Source of the DNA: Nitrosopumilus sp.
GTDB lineage: Archaea; Thermoproteota; Nitrososphaeria; Nitrososphaerales; Nitrosopumilaceae
Direction: 5' to 3'
Assembly (NCBI GenBank): GCA_963667665.2
Contig: OY763927.2
Location: forward strand, 1,376,001-1,440,000
Length of the DNA: 64,000 bases
The notes beneath the pieces are model-generated. The model was given only the letters and a program-made list of their open reading frames with translations, did no database searches and had not been told where the DNA came from. Below, in pieces: positions 49,833 through 60,473 of the stretch (the stretch's first letter is position 1; every line of letters begins with the position of its first letter). A program made the position numbers and the translations under genes.

Positions 49833-51218
49833 ATGTTGTCTGGAAATAATGGGATTTTAGATTTAGAAATTGAAGAGTTTGAAAAAAAGGTTCAAAATAA
49901 TGATATTAAAATTTCAGTCATAGGATTAGGGAGAATTGGATTACCCACATCAGTAGTTATTGCAAGAGCCAATTTTTCTGTAATTGGAGTAGACATTAAT
50001 CATGAAATTGTAGAATTTGTGAATAATGGTAAATTACGAATTAATGATGAACCAGGATTAGAAGACGCATTAAAAAAAGTAATAGAAAATAAAAAATTTA
50101 TTGCTACAACAAAAATTAGTGAATCAGTAAAAAATTCAGATATAATTATTGTTTGTTTGCCAACTCCTCTTGAAAATAAATCTAAAAAAATAGATTATCA
50201 ATTTTTGTTAAAAGGTTGTTCTGAAATTGCAAAATTTATGAAAAAAAATTCATTGGTAATTATAGAAAGTACAGTAGGACCAGGAATTGTTGAAAATGAG
50301 GTCGTTCCAGTTTTAGAAAAAGAAAGTCATCTTGTAGCTGGAAAAGATTTTGGTGTCGCTAGTTGCCCTGAACGAGCAAATCCATCTACTATTCTAACAG
50401 ATTTCAATAAAATTCCAAGAGTGGTAGGTGGAATAAATGACAAAAGTACAAAATTTGCTTCAAAATTATATCAATTTGTTTTTAAAATTAAAGTTATTTC
50501 TGTTAAAAATTGTAAAACTGCAAACGCAGTTAAAGTTGTAGAAAATGTTTTCAGAGATGTAAATGTTGCATTTATCAATGAAATAGCAATTTTTTGTGAT
50601 AGAATGGGAATAGATGTAAATGAATTGATTGAAGGTTGTAAAACAAAATATAATTTTATTCCTCATTTTCCTGGTCCAGGTGTTGGTGGACCATGTCTAC
50701 CAGTAAATCCTTATCAATTACTAGATGCTCCAGAATCAAAAGATATTCTTCAAATAGTTAGAACTGCAAGAATAATAAACTCCGAAATGCCAAAATATGT
50801 AATAGAATTACTAACGGGTGCATTAAAAGAAATAAGCAAAAATTCTGAAATTATTACAATTGCTATTTTAGGTATTTCATATAAACCAAATGTAGGCGAT
50901 ACTCAATTAACTCCAATTAAAGAAGTTATTCAAAAACTTAAACAAATGAATTTCAAAATAAAGATTTTTGATCCATATTTTATCAATAAAGAATTTTCTT
51001 CAATAAAAATTGAAGAAAATTTTAAAAATGCAGTTATTGATTGTGATGTAGTAATTTTAGGTACAGATCATGATGAATTTTTGAATATAGATTACAAAGT
51101 ACTAAAAGATCTAATGAATTCTCCTGGAATTGTAATTGATACTAGGGGTAAGCTATCACCATTAGAAATTAGAAATGTTGGATTAGTTTTTAGAGGTATT
51201 GGTAGGTCAGGAAAATAG
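49833..51218 (+). CDS. UDP-N-acetylhexosamine 6-dehydrogenase (WecC/WbpA family)
   Basis: GLGRIG, CLPTP, ESTV, CPER, KVVENVFRDVN, GVGGPC. Confidence 0.9.
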   Translation: MLSGNNGILDLEIEEFEKKVQNNDIKISVIGLGRIGLPTSVVIARANFSVIGVDINHEIVEFVNNGKLRINDEPGLEDALKKVIENKKFIATTKISESVKNSDIIIVCLPTPLENKSKKIDYQFLLKGCSEIAKFMKKNSLVIIESTVGPGIVENEVVPVLEKESHLVAGKDFGVASCPERANPSTILTDFNKIPRVVGGINDKSTKFASKLYQFVFKIKVISVKNCKTANAVKVVENVFRDVNVAFINEIAIFCDRMGIDVNELIEGCKTKYNFIPHFPGPGVGGPCLPVNPYQLLDAPESKDILQIVRTARIINSEMPKYVIELLTGALKEISKNSEIITIAILGISYKPNVGDTQLTPIKEVIQKLKQMNFKIKIFDPYFINKEFSSIKIEENFKNAVIDCDVVILGTDHDEFLNIDYKVLKDLMNSPGIVIDTRGKLSPLEIRNVGLVFRGIGRSGK

Positions 51219-51220
51219 AT

Positions 51221-51982
51221 TCAAAAGTCTAATTTTGTAAGAAGTTTTGAAGCAATGACAAAAAGAACAGATGCAATTCCCACAAGAATTATCATTTCAT
51301 AAATTACAAATTCAGTGATAGTTCCAAAAATTCCTGCTCTAATTACATCAACAAGATAAGTTAATGGATTTAGATAAAACGCAGTACGTAATGGCTCCGG
51401 AACTCCATCAGCTGGATAAAATGCAGTACTAACAAAAGCGAAGAATAGAAAAACAGTGTTAATAACTACATTAAATCCCTCACTTGAGCGTAATCTGGTA
51501 GAAATTATTGATGCCAATGAGCCAAATAATACAGAACCAGTAATTGCTCCAAAAATAATTATTGGAATTGTAACAAATGAAAATTCTACAGATTCAAAAA
51601 ACACTGGATAACCAACCACAACTATCAAAGATGCACTTACTAATCCAATTATGCCTATAGTACAGATATTGCTAAGAATATAATGACTCCTTGTAAATGG
51701 CCCAGACATAATTTGTTCAAACATTCCATGTCTTCTGTCATTCCAAATTAGAATTCCAGAAATAAGCGTGCTATTCATGATATTAAATCCAATCATACCT
51801 GATGCCAAAAATGCAGGATAATCAAGATCTTTACCACCAAAAGGAACTTCATTAATTAATGGTGCATATGCAAAGCCTGCAACAAAAATATAGATTAAAG
51901 GAAAAATTACTTGCCAAATTAAAAATCCAGGATTAAGAGAGATTGTTAGATTTCTATTTACTAATCTAATTATTGGATGCAT
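51221..51982 (-). CDS. ABC-2 type transporter permease
   Basis: TM pattern, FYP, NPLTYLVD. Confidence 0.9.
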   Translation of the reverse strand: MHPIIRLVNRNLTISLNPGFLIWQVIFPLIYIFVAGFAYAPLINEVPFGGKDLDYPAFLASGMIGFNIMNSTLISGILIWNDRRHGMFEQIMSGPFTRSHYILSNICTIGIIGLVSASLIVVVGYPVFFESVEFSFVTIPIIIFGAITGSVLFGSLASIISTRLRSSEGFNVVINTVFLFFAFVSTAFYPADGVPEPLRTAFYLNPLTYLVDVIRAGIFGTITEFVIYEMIILVGIASVLFVIASKLLTKLDF

Positions 51983-52904
51983 TTTCTTTCACCATATTCA
52001 AAAAGATCTCTTCTAGATTTGTTGGCATAGCTGACAGATCTTCAACCTCTATACTGTTATCATTGAGTATTTTTAATACTTGTAATAATACTAATTCTGA
52101 TTGCTCTGAATGAATAACTATGTTAGTTCCAGTATCAAAATCAATTTTACAGTCTGAAATCCCAGATAAGAGAGAAGAAATTTTAGATTGTTTTTCTAAT
52201 AAATGAATTTTGATAGTTTTTTCTTTTCCAAATCTTTTCTTTAATGCATCAGGAGAATCAACAGTAATTATTTTTCCCTTGTCAATTATTGCTATTTGAT
52301 CACAAAGGTATTCAGCTTCAGTTAGAATGTGTGTTGTATAAAAAATTGTTAATCCCATTTTTACTTTATTTTTTAAATAATCTAATAGTTTTCTTCTAGC
52401 ACTTGGATCTAAACCAGCAGTAGGTTCATCTAAAAACAATAATTCCATATCATGCATAAATTCACGTGCAACTTGGACTCTTCTTCGTTGACCAATTGAA
52501 AGATCTTCATTTCTTTTTTTACGAATTTCAACGAGATCAAAATCTTTCAAAAGTTGCTCCATTCTTTGTTTACGTTCAATTTTTTGAATATTCCACATCA
52601 TTCCATATTTATCAAGAGATTTTTCTACAGACAGAGTAGGTTCATAGCTTGGTTGTTGTAAGACAACGCCAATTTTATGACGAATTTTTAGAGGATTTTT
52701 GATAGCATTTATGCCCAGAATAGAAAGAGAGCCACTTGAAGGTGGAATTAACGTTGTTAGTAGTTTGATGGTAGTTGATTTTCCAGCACCATTAGGACCT
52801 AAAAATCCAAAAACTTGACCTGATTTTACAGATAAGACAAGATCATCTACTGCTTTGACTGAACCATATGATTTTGACAGGTGATTAACATCAATACAAG
52901 ACAT
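51966..52904 (-). CDS. ABC transporter ATP-binding protein (DrrA-like)
   Basis: GPNGAGKS, LSIGQ, LDEPTAGLD. Confidence 0.93.
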   Translation of the reverse strand: MSCIDVNHLSKSYGSVKAVDDLVLSVKSGQVFGFLGPNGAGKSTTIKLLTTLIPPSSGSLSILGINAIKNPLKIRHKIGVVLQQPSYEPTLSVEKSLDKYGMMWNIQKIERKQRMEQLLKDFDLVEIRKKRNEDLSIGQRRRVQVAREFMHDMELLFLDEPTAGLDPSARRKLLDYLKNKVKMGLTIFYTTHILTEAEYLCDQIAIIDKGKIITVDSPDALKKRFGKEKTIKIHLLEKQSKISSLLSGISDCKIDFDTGTNIVIHSEQSELVLLQVLKILNDNSIEVEDLSAMPTNLEEIFLNMVKENASNN

Positions 52905-53128
52905 ACCAAAACTGCGATCATCCCACTAATTTAGTTAATGAGTCTATTCAGCATTAGTTTTTGTAGAAATGGACTAAATCTAAATAAAACATGTTCAAAA
53001 TTCAAAAATTTTAGATTTTATCAGTTTAATCTTTAAAGAACTAATTAGAAAGCGATCAAATTTAATAAAAAATGAATTTTATGATCTAATGAAATTTTTA
53101 TTAATAGAACAAGTTTACCAACAATGAA

Positions 53129-54526
53129 TTGTCTGAATTTGAAAATCTTATTAAAAAATTACTAGAACAAAAACCTGAATTAACTAAAGAAGTTGTAGAA
53201 GAGCAAATTAAACAGAAGAAAGAAAAAATTGGTGCTGGATACTTGACAGATCAAGGAGCTCTATTTTTAATTGCATCTGATTATGGAGTTACATTATCAG
53301 AACCGCTAAAAGTTGAAATGAGCTTAAAAGATCTATATGCTGGAGCGAAAGAAATTTCATTAGAAACAAGAGTTTTGAATTTATCACCAGCAAAGCAATT
53401 TTCAAGAAAAGATGGTTCTCCATTTTATCTTAGAACAATGACAGTATACGATGAAAATTCTACAGCAAGTGTAAAGTTATGGGACGAAAAAGCAAATTTG
53501 CCAGGTGTTGAAAATCTCAAACCAGGAGATTTAATCAAAATCATAAAGGCATATGTAAAATCGGATCTTGATGGTTCACCTACAATAAACATTGGCTCTG
53601 GCTCAAATATTGAAACCACAGATACAAAAAGTGAAATTCCAACTATTGATACTATTACAAAAGATATTAGTGAACTACAAGAAGGACAAAAAGATCTTGT
53701 AATTTCAGGAACAATTGATGGGTTAATCAGTGGAATGGAGTTTACAAATTCTCGTGGAAAGCCTGGAAAAGCACTCAGAATGAGACTAAAAGGAAAAGAT
53801 GGTAATGCCATGAGAGTTGTTCTATGGGGAAAAGATGAATCATCTATCCCAAATATGATTTCTCAATCTGCTAAAGTAAGATTACTCGGAGTTAAAGTAA
53901 GATCAGGAAATCAAGGATCAGAAATCCATGGTAATGATGCAACTATAATTGAGATTGAAGGAGGAAAAGAAGTAGGACCAATAATTGCAAGGGTTCTTTC
54001 AATATCAACTACAGAAAATGGTAAAAAAATGATTTTAGCTGTTGATAATCAAAAAAACCAATACAGCATTAGTGATTTTGTAAACTCTACTGATATTTGT
54101 GCAGAAGGAGATGTAATAGAATGCATGCCATCAAAAGTTTATGGAAATTCAATTATATTAGATAAAAATTCGTTTGTAAGAAAACTAGACAATGATGAAT
54201 CTATTCCATCACTATCTCAACTTAGAACAAAAATTAATGATGTTAAAGTAGATGGAAGTTATTGTATTGAATGCATAATACTAAAAGCTCCTGAAAGACG
54301 TGAAGTTCAAACAAAATCTGGAGAATCAATAGCATTATCAGAATTGTTTGTTGAAGATGATACAAGTCAAATTTGGGTAAAAGGTTGGAGGAATCAAGCA
54401 AGGATAATTGACAAATGCGAATTGGGAGAAATAGTATCAATTACAGGACTAAATGCTAAAGCAGGACTTGAAGGTAGAATAGAGCTATTTGTTTCAGCAT
54501 TTTCTAAAATTACAAAGAAAAATTAA
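53129..54526 (+). CDS. rpa: Replication protein A / multi-OB-fold ssDNA-binding protein
   Basis: N-terminal helical domain (GYLTDQGAL) plus repeated OB folds (FSRKDG..DE..VKLW). Confidence 0.85.
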   Translation: MSEFENLIKKLLEQKPELTKEVVEEQIKQKKEKIGAGYLTDQGALFLIASDYGVTLSEPLKVEMSLKDLYAGAKEISLETRVLNLSPAKQFSRKDGSPFYLRTMTVYDENSTASVKLWDEKANLPGVENLKPGDLIKIIKAYVKSDLDGSPTINIGSGSNIETTDTKSEIPTIDTITKDISELQEGQKDLVISGTIDGLISGMEFTNSRGKPGKALRMRLKGKDGNAMRVVLWGKDESSIPNMISQSAKVRLLGVKVRSGNQGSEIHGNDATIIEIEGGKEVGPIIARVLSISTTENGKKMILAVDNQKNQYSISDFVNSTDICAEGDVIECMPSKVYGNSIILDKNSFVRKLDNDESIPSLSQLRTKINDVKVDGSYCIECIILKAPERREVQTKSGESIALSELFVEDDTSQIWVKGWRNQARIIDKCELGEIVSITGLNAKAGLEGRIELFVSAFSKITKKN

Positions 54527-57258
54527 GAATCCCAAAAACCTCTTGTTACAACATATTGTCTTTCAGCTTCGTAGATTTGTTTGAATAGATATTCTTCATC
54601 CACCATATTTCGCAATATTCTTGCTGCAGTATCTGCTCCTACACCATATCCAGATATTACAGTAATTGCAGTTTTACCAAAATTTTCTATTAAAGAAGAA
54701 ACTTTCCAGGCACGATCAAACTTGTGTTTTTCATCTGAAGAGAGTTTTTTTCCTGCATGTTTTTTTTGAATTATTTTTGGTAAATCATAATCAGAATAGT
54801 AAGTGGCAGTAATTTGTCTGGCTTTACAATATGGACATATCAAGATATTTTTAACTTCATTAGTTTCTACCACGCGTTCCCATTTTCCACATCTTGCACA
54901 AATCAAACGATGTTTAGTCTTTGCAAGTCTTGCTTTGACAAGATCAATAATTCCTTTATCAAGATTTGCTGGTGCTGCATAGTATTTTGAGGTATGATCT
55001 AAAATTGGTTCTGCTAATTTTGAAAATTTGTCAACTTCTAACCATTTAATATGTATTTTATCTTCACGAATTTTTTTTAGAACTTTATCAGAATTTTTTA
55101 GATCATATTTATCATGAAATAATTCACGTAGTGCTTCATGTACAAGTACAGTTTTAGAATATCGTTCATATAAAAATCTGGCAGATTTTCTTTCATATAT
55201 TGCTCCACGACCAACTATTCCAAATTTTTTGGCAACACACCATGTTCTCCAATTAACATTATGAGTTCCAGCTAAAGATGCAGTAACAATAGAATATAGA
55301 TTATAATCATCTTTTATAACTTCAAGAAAAAGTTTTTCTGAAATTCGTGATCTAGAAGATAATACAATTCTATAACCATCTGAACGAGAATCTACAACAG
55401 AACCCAGCATTGAAGACAACATTGAAGAAAGTAAGGTAGACAATGTAGAGTTAATTTTGGTGCCAAGACATGAATGAATTACAATTGAACCTTGGGATCT
55501 ACTTGATTCAATTACTATATTGTTTTCATCAGGAATTTCATTAAAAATTAATTTTTCAATAATTTTATTGGTTAATTCAAGTGAACCATTCTTAACTTTG
55601 CTACGAAAATTTCCTACCTTTCTGGCAGTTTTGTAATCAATAGGAATACTTTCTCCTTCCCAGTATGGGACAGTAATTCCTCCTCCACGAAAGGGTTCAA
55701 CATTTACAGAAAATGATTTTTCATCAACATTTAGTATTCTCCATTGTAAGCCTTTTAGTACAAAGATATTTCCCGAATCTCCAAAATCACCTACAAATCT
55801 TTGATCTAATGATCCAATAATTTTTTTGCCTACACTATCAAATACTTTGAATTTTAGAATATCTGGAATTGTTGATAGATTCTCAAAATAGTACTTGAAT
55901 GCACGTCCTTTTTTCCAGAAAGTCATTTTTGTTCTATCAAAAAATATCAAATAGTTTGAATCAAGCAAGTCTAATACGCCTATTAGATCTTCTAGTTGTA
56001 AATTTCTAAATGGATAAGCTTTTCTCACTATTTCAAAGGCTTGCTCAACTGAAATTTCTCCAAGCTGCATAGATAATCCAACTAAATGATGAGCTAAAAC
56101 ATCAAGAGAACCAACATGAATTTTTTGTTCTTCAATGGAACCTTCTTGAATACGATCAAGTATAGCTAGTGCTTCAAATTCATCATCAGGGTTATTTGTT
56201 ATAATAAGTCCCTTGGCTGATGAATTTCGATTATGTCTGCTTCTTCCTATTCTTTGAATTAATTTGGATACTTGTCTAGGAGAACCATAATGAATTACTA
56301 ATTCAATTGAACCAATATCTAATCCTAATTCAAGTGAAGACGTACACACAACAATACCACGTTTTCCTTCTCGTAAAGTAAGCTCAGTTTCTTCTCTAAC
56401 TACTTTTGATAAAGAACCATGATGTAATTCAATTTCAATAGTAGATTTTTCTTTTAAAATTGAAGCTAAAAATTCTGCTTCACCCCTAGTATTAGTAAAT
56501 AGCAGTATTGGGGAGTTCAAATCTAGTTCTAAGAAATATTCTATAATTTTTTCGGCAACATCAGAAATTGTTCCTTCAACATACTTTACTTCTACATCAT
56601 ATTTTCTTACTGATTTATCTCTAATAATCTCACATTTTCTTTTTGTGCCCACAACAAATTTTCCTGCTTCTTCAAAATTTCCAACAGTAGCAGATAATCC
56701 TACTTTAGTGAGAGGATATTTCGAGTTAATTTCTAATCTCTCAATACTTAAGGATAATTGAGAGCCTCTTTCACTAGCTAGTAATTCATGTACTTCATCA
56801 ATTACAATCCATTCTAAATCAGATAATGCATTTAGCACTTTGATTTGTGTTAAAAGAATTACAAGAGTTTCAGGTGTTGTAATTAAAATATCTGGAGGAT
56901 TGTCTCTGATTTTTTTTCTATCTTTTTGAGAAGTATCTCCGTGCCTGATTTCAATAGATAACTCATTTTCATGGGCATATTTTGTAATTCTTCTAAACAC
57001 ATCACGATTTAATGCACGAAGAGGAGTAATGTAAAGAGTTTTGATTTTTCCACTCTTCTTTGAATTTTTTAGTAATGAAAAAATTGGTATTACAGAACAT
57101 TCAGTTTTTCCAGAACCTGTAGGAGCAATTACAAGACAATCTTTTTTTTGTAAAATTATTGGTGAGGCTTTTTTCTGAATTTCAGTAAGTTGAGAGAATC
57201 CAAATTTCTCAAATAAAGATTCAAGAATCTGATTCGTCTGTTGATTTTGATCTTTCAT
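54523..57258 (-). CDS. Lhr-like DEAD/DEAH-box helicase
   Basis: APTGSGKT, PLRALNRD, DEVH, SAT, HHGSL, QRIGR; C-terminal zinc finger. Confidence 0.92.
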   Translation of the reverse strand: MKDQNQQTNQILESLFEKFGFSQLTEIQKKASPIILQKKDCLVIAPTGSGKTECSVIPIFSLLKNSKKSGKIKTLYITPLRALNRDVFRRITKYAHENELSIEIRHGDTSQKDRKKIRDNPPDILITTPETLVILLTQIKVLNALSDLEWIVIDEVHELLASERGSQLSLSIERLEINSKYPLTKVGLSATVGNFEEAGKFVVGTKRKCEIIRDKSVRKYDVEVKYVEGTISDVAEKIIEYFLELDLNSPILLFTNTRGEAEFLASILKEKSTIEIELHHGSLSKVVREETELTLREGKRGIVVCTSSLELGLDIGSIELVIHYGSPRQVSKLIQRIGRSRHNRNSSAKGLIITNNPDDEFEALAILDRIQEGSIEEQKIHVGSLDVLAHHLVGLSMQLGEISVEQAFEIVRKAYPFRNLQLEDLIGVLDLLDSNYLIFFDRTKMTFWKKGRAFKYYFENLSTIPDILKFKVFDSVGKKIIGSLDQRFVGDFGDSGNIFVLKGLQWRILNVDEKSFSVNVEPFRGGGITVPYWEGESIPIDYKTARKVGNFRSKVKNGSLELTNKIIEKLIFNEIPDENNIVIESSRSQGSIVIHSCLGTKINSTLSTLLSSMLSSMLGSVVDSRSDGYRIVLSSRSRISEKLFLEVIKDDYNLYSIVTASLAGTHNVNWRTWCVAKKFGIVGRGAIYERKSARFLYERYSKTVLVHEALRELFHDKYDLKNSDKVLKKIREDKIHIKWLEVDKFSKLAEPILDHTSKYYAAPANLDKGIIDLVKARLAKTKHRLICARCGKWERVVETNEVKNILICPYCKARQITATYYSDYDLPKIIQKKHAGKKLSSDEKHKFDRAWKVSSLIENFGKTAITVISGYGVGADTAARILRNMVDEEYLFKQIYEAERQYVVTRGFWDS

Positions 57259-57334
57259 AAACCATTATACCTACTAGTCCTAATGCAAACAAAACTATAG
57301 TAATAATTGGAATTGAATCAAAAATATCTGCCAT
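57221..57334 (-). CDS. 37-aa single-TM micro-protein
   Basis: Manual translation MADIFDSIPIITIVLFALGLVGIMVYERSKSTDESDS*. Confidence 0.55.
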   Translation of the reverse strand: MADIFDSIPIITIVLFALGLVGIMVYERSKSTDESDS

Positions 57335-57356
57335 TAGTAAACTTCAGGATTGACCG

Positions 57357-58016
57357 TTAAATATCTTCAGTATAATCTACTAATCCTGAAGTATGTATTT
57401 TGTAAGAAAAATATTCTTTGTTTAGTGCCCAGTAAATTTTTCCTTTAAATTTTGATTGATTTTTAGAAAGTTGAATTTTGATATGAGTGTAAAGATCAAT
57501 AGCGCTTTTCATATTTTCTACATCTTTACCTTCAATATTTCTAATCATATTAGTAATAACAATAGGAATTTTTTTTGTAATTGCAAATTTTGATAATTCA
57601 TGTATGTATTTCATGAATAATGAATTCTTTTCAAAAATAGATTCATCTTTTTTATATTCATAAGAAAACAAATCAGTTACATTATCAATTACAATTAAAG
57701 AAAAATCATTGTTTGTGAGATTTTTTATAGATTTTATTTGTTCTGAAGTATTAGTTATTCTAGATACTGTGATTTTTTCGAGAAAATTAAACTGTTTTTC
57801 AGATAGCTTTTGAATTTCCAATATTCGTTCAGGTCTAAATCCACCTGTGGTATCTAAATATAGAACATTGCCACCATTTTTAATTGAATTTATTGATAGT
57901 TGTAGTAATAGCTGAGTTTTTCCTGTTCCATTTCCACCAAAAATATCAACAATCACACCATTAGGAATTCCTCCTGATAAGAATTCATCCAATTTTTGTA
58001 ATCCAGTAGAGATCAT
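57357..58016 (-). CDS. RadA paralog (RadB/aRadC-like RecA-family ATPase without N-terminal domain)
   Basis: ISTGLQKLDEFLSGG, GGNGTGKT, YLDT..FRPER. Confidence 0.82.
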   Translation of the reverse strand: MISTGLQKLDEFLSGGIPNGVIVDIFGGNGTGKTQLLLQLSINSIKNGGNVLYLDTTGGFRPERILEIQKLSEKQFNFLEKITVSRITNTSEQIKSIKNLTNNDFSLIVIDNVTDLFSYEYKKDESIFEKNSLFMKYIHELSKFAITKKIPIVITNMIRNIEGKDVENMKSAIDLYTHIKIQLSKNQSKFKGKIYWALNKEYFSYKIHTSGLVDYTEDI

Positions 58017-58124
58017 TTGTATAATTATTAGAAAAAGGAGAAAAAATTTAAGGAATTTTAATTTATGTGAAGGAGGTAAAGCTTTTATTCAAGAGAACAA
58101 AGTTTCAAAATGAGTGAATAATTA

Positions 58125-58370
58125 GTGTCACAAACAACTAGTGCAAAAAGACCTTTAACAACTCTACAAAAAAGCACCAAGAAAAAAGTTACAGTAAGAC
58201 TGAAAAATGAAGTAGAATACAAAGGAAAAATGGAGAATGTTGATTCATACATGAATTTGATTATGACTGATGCAGAAGAAGTACTTCATGGTAAAACAGT
58301 TGCAAATTATGGAAGAGTAATTGTAAGAGGCAATAATGTGTTATTCATCAAACTAGAAAACGAACTCTAA
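58125..58370 (+). CDS. Sm-like archaeal protein (Lsm)
   Basis: [18 protein letters not shown]. Confidence 0.93.
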   Translation: MSQTTSAKRPLTTLQKSTKKKVTVRLKNEVEYKGKMENVDSYMNLIMTDAEEVLHGKTVANYGRVIVRGNNVLFIKLENEL

Positions 58371-58381
58371 TTAGTGATTCT

Positions 58382-59548
58382 ATGACCAATAATTTTCTAT
58401 TTACTTCAGAATCAGTAACAGAAGGACATCCAGATAAAATATGTGATAATATTTCTGATGCTTTCTTAGATGAATATCTAAGACAAGACCTAAACTCAAG
58501 AGTTGCAGTTGAAACAATGGTTACTACAGATTTTGTAGCAGTAGCTGGAGAGGTTACATCAAAAGCAGATTTTGATCAAAAGGCTCAGGAAGAATTAGTT
58601 AGAAAAACAATTAGAGAAATTGGATATGATAACAAAGACTTGATGTTTGATGCAGATACTTGTCATGTTGATTTAAGATTGCATTCACAAAGTCCGGATA
58701 TTAGTCAAGGCATATCAGCTACTGAAGAAAAAGAGCAAGGTGCAGGGGATCAGGGATTGATGTTTGGGTATGCAACAAATGAAACTGAAGAATTAATGCC
58801 TATGCCAATTTTATTAGCACACAAACTTATTCAAAAATTATCAGAAGTCAGAAGAAATAAGACTATATCGTGGGTTAGACCAGATGGTAAATCACAAGTA
58901 TCTGTAAGATATGAAGATAACAAACCAACAAAGATTGAGACAGTAATAGTTTCAACACAACATGCACCAGATATTTCTCAAGAAGAAATTTCAAGAGAAA
59001 TCACGGATAAAGTAATCAAACCAGTTTTAGGAAATCTTTGGAATGATGAAATTAAAATTTACATTAATCCTACGGGAAAATTTGTAATTGGTGGTCCACA
59101 TGGAGATGCAGGTTTAACAGGAAGAAAAATTATTGTTGATACTTATGGTGGGTTTGGAAGACATGGAGGAGGAGCTTTTTCAGGAAAAGATCCTTCCAAA
59201 GTAGATAGATCTGCATGTTACATGTCTAGATATATTGCAAAAAATCTTGTTGCAGCAGGACTAGCTGATAGATGTGAAGTACAACTTGCATATGCAATAG
59301 GAGTAGCTGAACCAGTATCACTTTATGTCAATACATTTGGAACAAATAAAATTCCAGAAAATCAGATTGAAGATCTGGTTAGAAAAAATTTTGATATGAA
59401 ACCATCAGGAATAATAGCACAACTAGATTTGAAGAGGCCCATTTACAAAAAAACTGCATCATATGGTCATTTTGGAAGAAATGAGCCTGAATTTACTTGG
59501 GAAAAAACAGACAAAGCTGAAACACTAAAGCAATCTGCCGGACTTTAA
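58382..59548 (+). CDS. metK: S-adenosylmethionine synthetase, bacterial type
   Basis: [28 protein letters not shown]. Confidence 0.97.
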   Translation: MTNNFLFTSESVTEGHPDKICDNISDAFLDEYLRQDLNSRVAVETMVTTDFVAVAGEVTSKADFDQKAQEELVRKTIREIGYDNKDLMFDADTCHVDLRLHSQSPDISQGISATEEKEQGAGDQGLMFGYATNETEELMPMPILLAHKLIQKLSEVRRNKTISWVRPDGKSQVSVRYEDNKPTKIETVIVSTQHAPDISQEEISREITDKVIKPVLGNLWNDEIKIYINPTGKFVIGGPHGDAGLTGRKIIVDTYGGFGRHGGGAFSGKDPSKVDRSACYMSRYIAKNLVAAGLADRCEVQLAYAIGVAEPVSLYVNTFGTNKIPENQIEDLVRKNFDMKPSGIIAQLDLKRPIYKKTASYGHFGRNEPEFTWEKTDKAETLKQSAGL

Positions 59549-60394
59549 TAATTCCACAACTGATTGAAATTTCATTTCAGTAATTTTTCTTAACCTGTTA
59601 TGGTTTCCTTTAAAATTACCAATTAGAATATTGAGATCATCTACTCCAAAATCAGAATTTGAATTAGTGATTGCAGAATGATAAGCATCTTCTAGATTAA
59701 TTTTTCTAATGATTGTTTGAGTTCCTTTAGAAAAAAGTTTAACATATTGCTCAAAAGTAATACAATCAGGACCAACAAGATCAATTATTTTATTTCTAAA
59801 TTTTGTTTGAAGAGATGACTGAAGAATTATTTTCACGACATCATTTATGAAAATTGGCTGAATTGAATAGGTTCCAGATCCTGGAATTTCAATTTTTCCT
59901 TTTTTAATTTGTTTTTTTAAATATTTTGTAAACAGATCATCTTTTCCAACAATGTATGATGGTCTAAAAATTGTATAATTTAATCCAGAATTTATTATTA
60001 ATCTCTCTGCTTTATATTTTGAAATAAAATATCCTAATGAAGTGTTTGGTGAAACACCAAGACCGCTTGTATAAACAAATTTTTTAATTTTTGCTTTTTT
60101 ACACAAATTTATAATATGTTTTGTAAATTCAACATTTATCATATCATAATCAGTTTTAATAGATTGTTTTCCAATCCCAACAAGATGAATTAATGCATCT
60201 GAATTTTTAATTTTTGAAAGAAGGTTTTTTTCATCATAATTTTTTGAAATAACTTTATGTTCATTTTTAAATTGTTTAAAGTCATTTCGTGATATTGAAA
60301 TTAATTTGATATTTTTTTCAGATAAATATTTTCTGAGATTTCTTGCAATAAATCCACTTGCTCCAGTAATAATTATTTGATTATCTTTAACCAT
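59525..60394 (-). CDS. NAD(P)-binding atypical SDR (NDUFA9-like epimerase/dehydratase)
   Basis: [24 protein letters not shown]. Confidence 0.8.
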   Translation of the reverse strand: MVKDNQIIITGASGFIARNLRKYLSEKNIKLISISRNDFKQFKNEHKVISKNYDEKNLLSKIKNSDALIHLVGIGKQSIKTDYDMINVEFTKHIINLCKKAKIKKFVYTSGLGVSPNTSLGYFISKYKAERLIINSGLNYTIFRPSYIVGKDDLFTKYLKKQIKKGKIEIPGSGTYSIQPIFINDVVKIILQSSLQTKFRNKIIDLVGPDCITFEQYVKLFSKGTQTIIRKINLEDAYHSAITNSNSDFGVDDLNILIGNFKGNHNRLRKITEMKFQSVVELLKSGRLL

Positions 60395-60473
60395 ACAAAT
60401 CTCAAGTTATTTTTAATTTTAAATCTATTTAGAAGATTTTACACATTAAGCAAACAAGAATTAATACAGTAAA

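Noticed and set aside
52905-53128. AT-rich intergenic region before rpa as a possible replication origin
   Set aside because: No ORB-like repeats recognised and no cdc6/orc1 nearby; fits a divergent promoter region
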